41,280 nt of DNA from Rhodosorus marinus CCMP1338 (taxonomy: Eukaryota; Plantae; Rhodophyta): positions 1 through 41,280 of the forward strand of contig JAMWBK010000015.1 of NCBI GenBank assembly GCA_029953675.1. The letters run 5' to 3'. Below are positions 21,510-32,039 of the stretch, piece after piece (positions within the stretch are counted from its first letter, which is position 1; every line of letters begins with the position of its first letter). The position numbers were made by a program, and so were the translations under genes. The notes beneath the pieces are model-generated. The model was not told the origin of the DNA, did not search any database, and was given only the letters and a program-made list of their open reading frames with translations.

Positions 21510-22801
21510 CGGGCCTCCCCTCAGTCGGGAAGGCAGATCGAATATCCGGAGGAGGTGCCTCGGAGGGAGGCTCAGGAGCCGCACGACGCTTACGTGGGGG
21601 GCGCACGAAGGAACTAAAAGACCTGAAGAAAGTAGACACAGGGTTTTCAGCAGCGGAGTCTTGACTGAGGGTGTCTAGAGCCAGCGGATTCGGAGAGGCC
21701 GATGGTGCTTCTGCCATGTCGGTGTCACGAGCCTCGGAGACAGGGCGAGGGGAGGAAGGGGTGCTCAAGAGTCAGCGGCAGAAGGTCAAACGCAGGGTGG
21801 GCTTCCAGCAGGGTGGCCTCAGTGGAGAGGAAGGCCTCTAACGCGGTGCGGAGGACCCCGCGAGGAGGAAAACGCGCGAAGAGGCTCGCCTGTATGCGCG
21901 AGAGCCGCGCCGCATGAGTGTGTAGCGCAACAACCGAAGCCTGCGAGGCATCCAGGTTTTGCAAGGCCGACGGAGGAACCCAGCCGGCGTCAAAACGATC
22001 GAACTCGACAAACAAAGAGACATGAGGACGAGTCAGTATCATGTTGGCCAGAGCAGAGCGCTGGGGCGCGGGGGTGGTTACAAGCGATTGAAGGAACTGG
22101 TAAGCCGAGTCAGTAACAAGAAAACAGGCATGAGGGCCCGTGAAGTCCACATATAGGAATTCAGATGGGGCGACCCCAAGGGAGGAAGCCATGGTGTCGC
22201 GAAAATCGCGGTAGTGGACGGGCGCGCGGCCCCGACCACGAGAGGGGGTCTGGGGACGCACGTTCGTCATCCAAACAAAGTGGAACGGAGATAGTTGGCG
22301 AGAAGAGTCAATAGGGATGTGTTGTGGCATCATACGCACCATTGCCGTCGTGCGTTGTTCAGAAGAGCCCCTGCGCAGGACCTGCGAATAGGTCGCACGT
22401 GGGGCACTGGAGGGAGCAGGATTCGGGCCCGACGCGGGCCCAGGAGGCGTCTGTCCTTGAATAGGGGTAGGCCAGTCGGAATCAGGAATGACCGGAGCGG
22501 AGCGCTCGGGTCGGGTGGAGAGCAGGCCCCGCTGTACCGTGCGGATCCGCGGGGACGGGCACCGGGGGTATGGGGCAGGCGCGGAGGCGGAGAAGCGCTC
22601 CAAATAGGCGATCAGCAGGGGCAGGCGGTGTTCCTGGGAAGCAGTCACAAGAAGACTCGTCAGTTTCGAGCAGATCCCATGGGCTAACTCGTCAGCGCAG
22701 TCCGTGAGGGTGGCCGCGGTACTAAACCTGCCCACGCTGAGCTCCACGCGCGCTGAGAGAACGGCTCCGTCCGCCGGAATGGGTGGGAAAACCCCAACCA
22801 T
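21502..22801 (-). pseudogene. Group B ORF1 (gag-like), one frameshift near 21750
   Basis: Likely ATG at 22801 (MVGVFPP); TYSQVLRRG, FLYVDFTGPHACFLV core, helical region, Pro/Ser-rich tail in the 21502-21768 frame. Confidence 0.7.
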
Positions 22802-22954
22802 AACGATAGGAAGGTGTGAAAAACCGATTCCCCCACGAAACCCCCAAAAAGAGAACTTGTTCCCAACGTTTGCAACCAAAGAAAAACCACCACGACCTCC
22901 AAGGGGCGCTAGCAACCCCCAGCACACACCACACCACTAGAAGATGCGGGGGAA

Positions 22955-22980
22955 AGTCTGGGGTTACGTTAGTCTGGGGT
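22955..22980 (+). repeat. Telomere-like repeat tract (G strand on +)
   Basis: agtctggggttacgttagtctggggt, unit TTACGTTAGTCTGGGG. Confidence 0.85.
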
Positions 22981-23056
22981 TTGGGGTTGGACTTTGGAGT
23001 TTATCGTGGTGATAAAGTTACACTTTCATTCTTTCTACGAACGCTTATCGAGTGAT

Positions 23057-24577
23057 ATGACTACTCTCGAGCCCGTGCCTCCGGATGGGGGGGGCTTTTG
23101 CACAGACGCAACGATGGAAGACCTCCCGGCCGTTAGCCTGAGGGCAGACGGACCCGAGCCTCTGCCCGTACCTGTTTCTGAGCCTACAACTGCATCTGCA
23201 CTTGACAACGACGTACCTACTCCCTTGGCTATTGACCTGAGCTGCGGAGCGCTGAAGCTGCATCTCGACGCGCCCAAGCATAAGACCCCGCTCTACAATG
23301 GGCTTATGCTGCGGTTTATGGGTCTCTTAGCCCAGGCACACGCCAATGGCACCGAGGCTCAACTCCTTCACAATCTGACTACGACGCCACAAAAAGCTGC
23401 CCCGAGGGCACAACGCCCCCTCCCTGTCTACGAACCAGCAAACTACGCCACTGCAACAGCCCGCCCGCGATCTCCCGAGACACGTGATCTCGATTCCAAT
23501 GCATTCCCAGATCTCGCAACGGCCAATGAGCAAGCACGGACAAGGACTCGAGCTCAACCTCAACCAATGAGCTGGACGACACGTGTCCGCGACAACCAGA
23601 CCCCAGCAGCTGCCAATCGCTCGTTTTTCGCGAGCATTCATGGGCTGCAGTACCAGAGCCAGAAGGACGTTGATGCATTTGTGCTACTCAATGCTCGACC
23701 TCGGGACTCCACCAGAAGCAAGGCCCATCATGCTTGGGATATCGAGCGCCTAGCCGGCCTTCAGAAAAATTCGCTGCTCCAGCTGGACTACTTTGATCAT
23801 CATGTACACGTCATCGCTCATCATACCGCCTTCCAACTACTCCGCGACGCTACCAACGCAGGGGCCTTCGAACCCACCAGAGGAGCACACCTGCCTCCTG
23901 ATCAACGTATCCAAGCTGTCAAGCTCTCTCCAACGTCACACGAATACCTGAGCATGAGGGAAAAGCTCCGTCACCAACCGGCAGACTATCCCCGCGCTGC
24001 ACTGATCCACAACCTGCTCCGCTACCGACGGATCCAGCGGATTGTTACAAATCGCAGGAGTCTCCCACCCAACAACCGAGAGGCACTCCTGGGCCACGTC
24101 AGGGCCGAGCTCGATCGCACCCTGGCCAGCCTCCACGCTCACGCTCAACGAGCACCCGACAGTTGCCTGCGCGTGCCATTCTCCGACCCTGAGCTTCCAG
24201 AGCACTCGACAACAACCGAGCGCAGAGAGCCACGCTCTCTGGACCGAACCCGGGTAGCTGACCCTCAACCGGCGGCACTGGAGAGGGAGAGTGCGGAACC
24301 CCTCGCAGCGACTACGCATAGCGCTGATTCTGCCCAAGTCCCAGCCGCTCGGGAGGACAACACGCCTGAGACGCCTGCCGCGACAGCCCGTGATCCACTA
24401 GACTCGGAGCCTGACCCCTCCACCACTAGCGATCAACCAGTGACCCCTGCAGAGCCGATGCAAGGACTTTCGACGGCCCAAGACAAGAGACAAGTGGCTC
24501 CACCCACTAAGCGCCCTAAGCCTGCCAACGCCGTCGACGACCTCACGCCCGACTCCCTCTCGTCGACTCAATCATGA
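23057..24577 (+). CDS. Group A ORF1, 506 aa, gag-like/nucleic-acid-binding (inferred)
   Basis: Uninterrupted ORF; ATG 77 nt inside the element; core LLQLDYFDHHVHVIAH; conserved in two further copies. Confidence 0.85.
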   Translation: MTTLEPVPPDGGGFCTDATMEDLPAVSLRADGPEPLPVPVSEPTTASALDNDVPTPLAIDLSCGALKLHLDAPKHKTPLYNGLMLRFMGLLAQAHANGTEAQLLHNLTTTPQKAAPRAQRPLPVYEPANYATATARPRSPETRDLDSNAFPDLATANEQARTRTRAQPQPMSWTTRVRDNQTPAAANRSFFASIHGLQYQSQKDVDAFVLLNARPRDSTRSKAHHAWDIERLAGLQKNSLLQLDYFDHHVHVIAHHTAFQLLRDATNAGAFEPTRGAHLPPDQRIQAVKLSPTSHEYLSMREKLRHQPADYPRAALIHNLLRYRRIQRIVTNRRSLPPNNREALLGHVRAELDRTLASLHAHAQRAPDSCLRVPFSDPELPEHSTTTERREPRSLDRTRVADPQPAALERESAEPLAATTHSADSAQVPAAREDNTPETPAATARDPLDSEPDPSTTSDQPVTPAEPMQGLSTAQDKRQVAPPTKRPKPANAVDDLTPDSLSSTQS

Positions 24578-27500
24578 GCAGCTCCTCAGACGAATATACT
24601 CCGAACCGCTCTCGCTCATCCCGCCGTGCTCGTGCTCGTCGCCAACGACCTCCCACTTCGACGCAGTCACTCTTCGAGACCGACTCGAACGCCTGGCTCT
24701 CGTCTCTGCACGACTTCACTCTCAACGTAACCGATAATGGCAACCGCTGGTGGCAGCTGACTCAGGCTCCGACGCCTACTCGCCAATTCGTCCCCGATAA
24801 CCTGAAAACACGCTGGAACCATCTCATGTCGAAAGCCCTGGAACTTGCCCTTGATACGTCAGCGCCGAACCTGTCACGCCTGTTCATCTTCGCTCTCCCC
24901 AGTCTCGCACTCGGCTACACAGGCGACCTGGCCCCTTCTGCGCAGATGCTCGCCGTTATGGACGGAAGGTTCTCCACGGTGTGGGAACACCTTACTGCTC
25001 ACAGCAAAACCCTTGACACCAACTGTATCGTACCTCCGCCGCCTCAGACCCGCCACCGACAGAACGAGCCCTACAACTCGCCAAAGCTCAACGTATGTCC
25101 CAGTCTAGCCAACTCCTACTGGCCACCGATCTTGCCTCGAAGACTCCTGCCACCTGGCGCGTTCTGACTACGCTCTTCCCTGAGTACGAGGCCGCAACGC
25201 TCTCCTCGGAGCTTGAAGACGCCCTACAGGCAAAGCTCAACGGACTGCAACGCAATATATGGGACCCGACTTTGGCCTCTGACGAGAGCCTCCTGTCAAC
25301 GCTGGAACACCTACCGTACGCCACAGCCCCCGGGCCGAGTGGACTCAAAGCCGAACATCTGCGAAGTCTCACCATGACAACGCAACCGGTACTTGTACGC
25401 TTCCTTCGCAAGCTTGCCACCACTCCGGAGAGCTTCCCTGACGTGTTTCTCGAAGCCATGCGCAGCAACCGACTCCTCGCGAAAGACAAGCGAACGTCTG
25501 CCGAAGCTAGACAAGGGTACCCTCTTCGCCTACGCCCGCTAGGGATTCCTGAGGTACTGCGGAAGGCCGTCACCCAATGGACACTTCGCGCTGTCGCCAC
25601 GCCCCTTCGCGACTTTCTGCTCCCGGAACAACTCGGCATCTCGGTCAGCGGCGGCTGCGAACACGCCATCCACCTCGCGGAAGCCCACCTCGCAGCGCGC
25701 CCGAATGACGTGCTCCTCAAACTTGATCTCGCAAACGCGTTCAACAGAATCGACCGACGCCTCGCAAACCGTATCATCGAGCTAGCTTTCCCCGAATTGA
25801 AGTCGCTTATGACAATGAGCTACGGACCACGAGGCGAGAGCGCCCCACGCCAATTCGGATGGCGAGACAGCGATGTCGATGACTGGCTCCAGCTCCGAGC
25901 CTGGACTGGAGTCCAACAAGGCGATCCGTTGGGACCTGCTTTACACGCGCTCGCCCTTTCCCCACTCCTACGAGCACTACGAGACCGGTTTCCGAGGATC
26001 ACCCTTAGCGCAATCCACGACGACCTCACCTTACTTGGCCCTCTGAAGGACGTGAAAGAAGCGCTACACTGGAGCGAGCACCACCTCCCCGAAATAGGCG
26101 CACAACTTCAAAGGACGAAATGCGAGCTTTTTGGACTCCAACTGCCGACGACCAGACTCGTCAACAGGGAAATTCCCGACGTACATGTCACCCGGGACGG
26201 AATCCAACTTTATTCCATCCCTATTGGCACACGGACCTACGTCCAAGACGCGAACAGGAAGCTACAACGAGAACATGAAAAACTCGTCCAAGAGGTCATC
26301 CGTCTACCGACCACTGAGCTACCAATTAAACTGTGCCTATTCCGCTACTGCGCAGGACCGCGTCTAGACTTTGCTCTACGCACGCTCGCCCTACAATACG
26401 GAGCCAATCTCGCACGCGAAGCCGATCGCATCTCGCTCCTGGAACTCGACAAACTGTGCGGCTCGCTCCTCGAAGGCCAGGACCTCACAGGACCCGCAAA
26501 GACGTGGTCGAAGCGCAGATCCAGCTCCCTTGCCGATGGGGTGGCGCAGGCCTAGCGATGAGAACACGAATACAACCCCTCGCCTTCTTCAGCAGTTGGC
26601 GACAGACTCTGAAGCTCAATTGGACTGGATCTAGCCACCTAGGAGCGCTACTCGATGCCTGCACATCGACGAACCTGACCGAGCACCATCACATTCGACC
26701 CCTGCTCCACTCGACGGATCAACTTGGAGCACAACTAATCGAAGCGAGCCTCCACTCAAAACGCTGCCTGGCACGAGGAACACCGGCCCCCATACTCCGC
26801 CTAACAGAATGGCAATCGTTGGAGAGCCAAGAACAAGCAGAGAACCCGCACACACCACCCGACAGGCCCTTGATCGGTTCAACCCAAAAACTCCTCTCCA
26901 ACTGGAGTCACCGACGGGCATTCGAGGAAATGGTGGAGAACGCGGAGATCAGCGAGACGGCACGTGCGCGAATACGCTCCTGCAAGGGATCAGGAGGGGT
27001 ACTTGGCTGCGAGACTTGCCAAGGAAACACGGACGCGGCCTAAGTAGCGGAGAACTGAACCTGAGCCTTCGACAACTGTTGGGATTACCCCTGCCGGGTG
27101 TACGAATACTTGGTACGTGTACGATATGTTCCCAACCACACGACGCTGCAGGCATTCAACGCCTTCACCACTGCACCAGCTCTACCGGCAGTTGGACAAT
27201 TCGGCATAACATGGTCAGGGACGCCCTGGCGACAGTGCTGAGACAATGGCGACTAGAAGTGACAATAGAACCGACCGGACACTACCAAGGCAGTCGGCTT
27301 CGGCCTGACATTCTAGCCCGACACCCACGAACAGGCAAGCTCTACGTGATCGATGTGAAGGTGACCTCGCCTTTGCAAAGAACACACCTCCACAAAGCGT
27401 CTTGGGAGACCGGGTATGCGGCACGGAAAGCGGAAAAGTTTAAAGAGTCCAAATACCGTGACAGTATCGGAGAACATAACGACGACATCTTCGTCCCCTT

Positions 27501-27723
27501 CTGCCTGGAAACATTTGGGCAGATGGGACAACAAGCGAGTGAGTTCCTCAAGGAAGCGACTATACACCTGGATCAGCGGGCAACGCAAGTAAGTGAGGCT
27601 CGGGCGATCTTGAACCGCACTTTGTGGAAAGGAAACGCTATCCTTGCCACCCAGGCACGTCGTGTCGACGAAGCAGACTATGACATCGTCCCTATCTTAG
27701 AACGTAGCCACACAACCCATTAG
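24574..27723 (+). pseudogene. Group A ORF2 (RT plus CCHC plus RLE), three frameshifts
   Basis: APGPSGLKAEHL, RPLGIPEVLRK, QLGISVSGGCE, DLANAFNRI, GVQQGDPLGP, IHDDL, LPCRWGGAGL, CTIC..HHC..RH, RPDI..IDVK, ESKY, PFCLETFG; shifts near 25090, 26495 and 27000. Confidence 0.92.
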
Positions 27724-27801
27724 GGGTTTCTTTGCTGACCAATAGGATCCTTATTGCTTCTTAATGGGCTCCAATAGGGAGTTCTTCAGTAAAGTGTACG
27801 C

Positions 27802-27846
27802 GGTTACGTTAGTCTGGGGTTACGTTAGTCTGGGGTTAGTCTGGGG
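27802..27846 (+). repeat. Telomere-like repeat tract between two tandem group A copies
   Basis: ggttacgttagtctggggttacgttagtctggggttagtctgggg: 16-nt units plus one 11-nt variant. Confidence 0.9.
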
Positions 27847-27848
27847 CA

Positions 27849-29670
27849 TTTGGGGTTGGACTTTGGAGTTTATCGTGGTGATAAAGTTACACTTTCATTC
27901 TTTCTACGAACGCTTATCGAGTGATATGACTACTCTCGAGCCCGTGCCTCCGGATGGGGGGGGCTTTTGCACAGACGCAACGATGGAAGACCTCCCGGCC
28001 GTTAGCCTGAGGGCAGACGGACCCGAGCCTCTGCCAGTACCCGTTTCTGAGCCTACAACTGCATCTGCACTTGACAACGACGTACCTACTCCCTTGGCAA
28101 TTGACCTGAGCTGCGGAGCGCTGAAGCTGTATCTCGACGCGCCCAAGCATAAGACCCCGCTCTACAATGGGCTTATGCTGTGGTTTATGGGTCTCTTAGC
28201 CCAGGCACACGCCAATGGCACCGAGGCTCAACTCCTTCACAATCTGACTACGACGCCACAACAAGCTGCCCCGAGGGCACAACGCCCCCTCCCTGTCTAC
28301 GAACCAGCAAACTACGCCACTGCAGCAGCCCGCCCGCGATCTCCCGAGACACGTGATCTCGATTCCAATGCATTCCCAGATCTCGCAACGGCCAATGAGC
28401 AAGCACGGACAATGACTCGAGCTCAACCTCAACCAATGAGCTGGACGACACGTGTCCGCGCCAACCAGACCTTCAGCAGCTGCCAATCGCTCGTTTTTCG
28501 CGAGCATTCATGGGCTGCAGTACTAGAGCCAGAAGGACGTTGATGCATTTGTGCTACTCAATGCTCGACCTCGGGACTCCACCAGAAGCAAGGCCCATCA
28601 TGCTTGGGATATCGAGCGCCTAGCCGGCCTTCAGAAAAATTCGCTGCTCCAGCTGGACTACTTTGATCATCATGTACACGTCATCGCTCACCATACCGCC
28701 TTCCAACTACTCCGCGACGCTACCAACGCAGGGGCCTTCGAACCCACCAGAGGAGCACACCTGCCTCCTGATCAACGTATCCAAGCTGTCAAGCTCTCTC
28801 CAACGTCACACGAATACCTGAGCATGAGGGAAAAGCTCCGTCACCAACCGGCAGACTATCTCCGCGCTGCACTGATCCACAACCTGCTCCGCTACCGACG
28901 GATCCAGCGGATTGTTACAAATCGCAGGAGTCTCCCACCCAACAACCGAGAGGCACTCCTGGGCCACGTCAGGGCCGAGGAGTGCGATCGAGCGAGCTCG
29001 ATCGCACCCTGGCCAGCCTCCACGCTCAAGCTCAACGAGCACCCGACAGTTGCCTGCGCGTGCCATTCTTCGACCCTGAGCTTCCAGAGCACTCGACAAC
29101 AACCGAGCGCAGAGAGCCACGCTCTCTGGACCGAACCCGGGTAGCTGACCCTCAACCGGCGGCACTGGAGAGGGAGAGTGCGGAACCCCTCGCAGCGACT
29201 ACGCATAGCGCTGATTCTGCCCAAGTCCCAGCCGCTCGGGAGGACAACACGCCTGAGACGCCTGCCGCGACAGCCCGTGATCCACTAGACTCGGAGCCTG
29301 ACCCCTCCACCACTAGCGATCAACCAGTGACCCCTGCAGAGCCGATGCAAGGACTTTCGACGGCCCAAGACAAGAGACAAGTGGCTCCACCCACTAAGCG
29401 CCCTAAGCCTGCCAACGCCGTCGACGACCTCACGCCCGACTCCCTCTCGTCGACTCAATCATGAGCAGCTCCTCAGACGAATATACTCCAAACCGCTCTC
29501 GCTCATCCCGCCGTGCTCGTGCTCGTCGCCAACGACCTCCCACTTCGACGCAGTCACTCTTCGAGACCGACTCGAACGCCTGGCTCTCGTCTCTGCACGA
29601 CTTCATTCTCAACGTAACCGATAATGGCAACCGCTGGTGGCAGCTGACTCAGGCTCCGACGCCTACTCGC
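27849..29670 (+). mobile_element. Second group A copy, 3'-truncated, near-identical to 22980-24783
   Basis: Same 5' end; ORF1 ATG at 27926 with frameshifts (near 28470 and 28980); ORF2 start at 29461; stops at cctactcgc. Confidence 0.92.
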
Positions 29671-29710
29671 CCCCAGACTAACGCAACCCCAGACTAACGT
29701 AACCCCAGAC
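29671..29710 (-). repeat. Telomere-like repeat tract (G strand on -)
   Basis: ccccagactaacgcaaccccagactaacgtaaccccagac. Confidence 0.9.
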
Positions 29711-31382
29711 ATCACTGTTGGGAGGCGGGGGGGCAGGCTTGTAGGTCCATGGCATTGGAGCTTGAAGAGTAGCCAGTGAGTCCGGCAGCAGTGGTTGTAG
29801 CCGCCTCGTGGTTGGCTGGGGTCATCTCCAAGTCGGGGCTGGTGCCAGCTGCAGTCGTTCGCGTGCGTTTCTGTTGGGGCGGCTCCGGGAGGTTAGAGAG
29901 GAGCTCCGCGTGCGGGTTGTCCTCTGCAGCGTCCTCCGGTGGTAGTGGAGGTGTCGCGCTGGAATCACCCGAAGCGGCGACTGCCTCACGGTCTGCCTGT
30001 ACGGCCCCATTAGGGGTCGAGGCTTGGTGGTCTGCTTGTGATGCGGCTGCAGACGCGGGGGGTTCCGCGCTCTCCCCGGCTACCACTGGTGGTTTGTGTG
30101 CAGTGCTTACACGCGCCGGAGCCCGTGCTACCTGTCGGTTGGTGGTGGTCTCTCGACCCCTAGAGCTGGGGTAGTTCAGGGTCCTCGAAAGGTACCCTGG
30201 TGCCGGTGTCAGGTGTCTTCTGGGCGTGGGCATGGATACTGGCCAGAGTTCGGTTGAGTTCTGCCCGAACGTGGCCGAGCAGGGCCTCCCGAGCGTTGGG
30301 GGAGAGGCCCCTACGGCGCTCAACGATCCGCTGGATACGGCGATAGCGCCGCAGGTTGTGGATTAGGGCCACTCGCGGGTAGTCCTCGGGCCGATGGCGG
30401 AGTTTCTCGCGCATACTCAGGTAGTCCATGGAGCTCGCAGAGAGCTTGACTGCCTGAATGCGTTCGGCTGGGTGGAGGTTGCCGGTAGTGGGGTAGAAGG
30501 CGCCTGCGTTCACTGCGTCGCGGACCCGTGGTAGGGCAGTCCGGTGTGCAATGATGTGCACGTGGTGATCGAAATAATCGAGTTGCAGCAGCGTGTTCTT
30601 CTGCAGGCCGGCAAGGCGCTCGATATCCCAGGCGTGGTGGGCCTTGCTCTTGGTTCCGTCGCGAGGTCGTGCATTGAGTAGCACAAATGCGTCAATATCT
30701 TCCTTGCTCTCGAACTCCAGACCTTGAATGCTCGCGAAAAATGATCGATTCGCGGCTGCCGGGGTCTGGTTACCTCGGACACGTGTCGACCAACTCATTG
30801 GCCGGCTACTAGGTCGAGGTGTCGGGCGTGTGCGGTCATTGGCTGCTGCGAGATCGGGATATGCATCAGCATCGAGATCGCGCGCGTCAGGGAGATCTGG
30901 GGCGGGCTGCTGTGCTGGCGTAGGATGCCGGTTCGTAGACATGTAGGGGGCGCGGTGTCTGGGTAGGTCGTTGGGGCGTTGTAGTCAGAGTGTGAAGGAG
31001 CTGAGCCTCGTTGCCACTGGCATGGGCTTGTGCAGCAAGTTCCATGAATTTCAGCATCAGGGCGTTGTACTTCGTGGCTTTGGCTTGGGGAACGTCGAGG
31101 TGTAGTTGCAGCGGTCCACAGCTCATTGAGATCTTCAGATGGTGAGTGCTGGTGTCCGGCGCCGCAGTAGCAGGTGCAGTTGGGAGAGTAGCAGCAGGAT
31201 CAGGTTCTCGCCCGGTAAAATTTTGGGTAGAAGCATCGTGCATAGGTTCGTCCGATTGTAGGGGTTTATGCCACTTCCGTCCGGAGGCAGGGCCTCGGGA
31301 AGGGTCATTTCCAAATCAACTCCTTGTAAAACACTCCAAGCTCGCGTCAATGAACTTAAATTTCAAAGTCCGAAAGCCCTCA
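29711..31382 (-). mobile_element. Divergent group A element: 5' UTR plus ORF1 only, cut at the ORF1/ORF2 boundary
   Basis: ATG at 31308 (MTLPEALPPDG); ORF1 in four frames shares RSFFASI..DAFVLLNARPRD..KAHHAWDIERLAGLQKN with 23057-24577; stop at 29712-29714. Confidence 0.88.
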
Positions 31383-31413
31383 CCCCAGACTAACCCCAGA
31401 CTAACGTAACCCC
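31383..31413 (-). repeat. Telomere-like repeat tract (11-nt plus 16-nt units)
   Basis: ccccagactaaccccagactaacgtaacccc. Confidence 0.9.
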
Positions 31414-31585
31414 TACTGAATATTTGGCGCTCTTGAGGCGTTTAAGTGTCTCCCTTTGGCGATATTCCAGCGAGATGCTTTCCGAGGCGCGCCATCGGCG
31501 CCTGGGGTTGCATACTTCCCTCCCTAGTTATTAGTTCATCTTCACGCCTTGCGTAGCGCTTCAGGCTATGCTAGTAAAGGCCAGT
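31414..31585 (+). mobile_element. Short 5'-truncated group C copy
   Basis: Encodes EYLALLRRLSVSLWRYSSEMLSEARHRRLGLHTSLPSY* plus tail ending gctagtaaaggccagt. Confidence 0.9.
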
Positions 31586-31589
31586 CCAG

Positions 31590-32000
31590 TTCAGTCAGGT
31601 ATGGCCATTCATTTTCATTGCTCCGGAAGGTGTTTCTCCATGACGAGTAAAACGCGATGGGTTGGACGCGCTTTCGAGTAGCGAAACCCAAACCTCCCCA
31701 GCGGCAGGGCAGAGCGATTTGGTCCGAGATCAGCTCTGCGTACTCATCGTCCTCTACAGCTGTCGTAGCGAGGCCTCCGAATAGAATTTCCAGGTGATAT
31801 CTGGTCATCACGTCGGCCTCGCGTGCCAGATTTCTTCCAAACTCGTATGCGAGGCATCGTAGCACATAGTATAGTCGCGTTTCTGCACAAAACCTGAAGA
31901 GGGCAATTTGCGTCGTAAGCTCCGGTTGTGGGAGCTTGGCGATTTCCGCAAAGAGTTTCTCATGCTTATTTTGCAACCCCCGGCACTCCTGTTCGATATA
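31590..32000 (-). mobile_element. Group A ORF2 internal fragment (thumb region)
   Basis: QIALFRFCAETRLYY..QIALPCRWGGLGFATRKRVQPIAFYSSW matches the 26300-26600 region. Confidence 0.85.
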
Positions 32001-32039
32001 TAACCCCAGACTAACGTAACCCCAGACTAACGTAACCCC
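32001..32039 (-). repeat. Telomere-like repeat tract
   Basis: taaccccagactaacgtaaccccagactaacgtaacccc. Confidence 0.9.

Larger units (their letters stand above)
13540..22950 (-). mobile_element. Full-length group B CRE-like retrotransposon (~4.6 kb) interrupted by a 4756-bp insert at 14169-18924
   Basis: ORF1, RT and CPLC..NADFG at 18925-22950 join through a 16-bp duplication to NADFGAHLLASC..RRH..ADL..VDL..KY..RRA* at 13540-14168. Confidence 0.8.
22980..27801 (+). mobile_element. Group A near-full-length two-ORF CRE-like retrotransposon (~4.8 kb) between telomere-like tracts
   Basis: 5' tttggggttggactttgg, ORF1, ORF2 (RT plus RLE), 3' UTR ending ttcagtaaagtgtacgc, joined to ggttacgttagtctgggg. 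Confidence 0.92.

Noticed and set aside
22980-23056. HDV-like 5' ribozyme, as in R2 elements
   Set aside because: 5' UTR is only 77 nt and I could not build the nested double pseudoknot by eye; a covariance search would be needed.
25095-26555. RT as a bacterial group II intron, retron or DGR
   Set aside because: Followed by CCHC plus PD-D/ExK nuclease and preceded by ORF1, with 5'-truncated copies: a eukaryotic RLE non-LTR layout.
24574-27723. ORF2 frameshifts as programmed recoding or sequencing error
   Set aside because: Positions differ between group A and B copies, and three host ORFs (~3.5 kb) have no frameshifts, so ordinary decay is more likely; read-level checking is still advisable.
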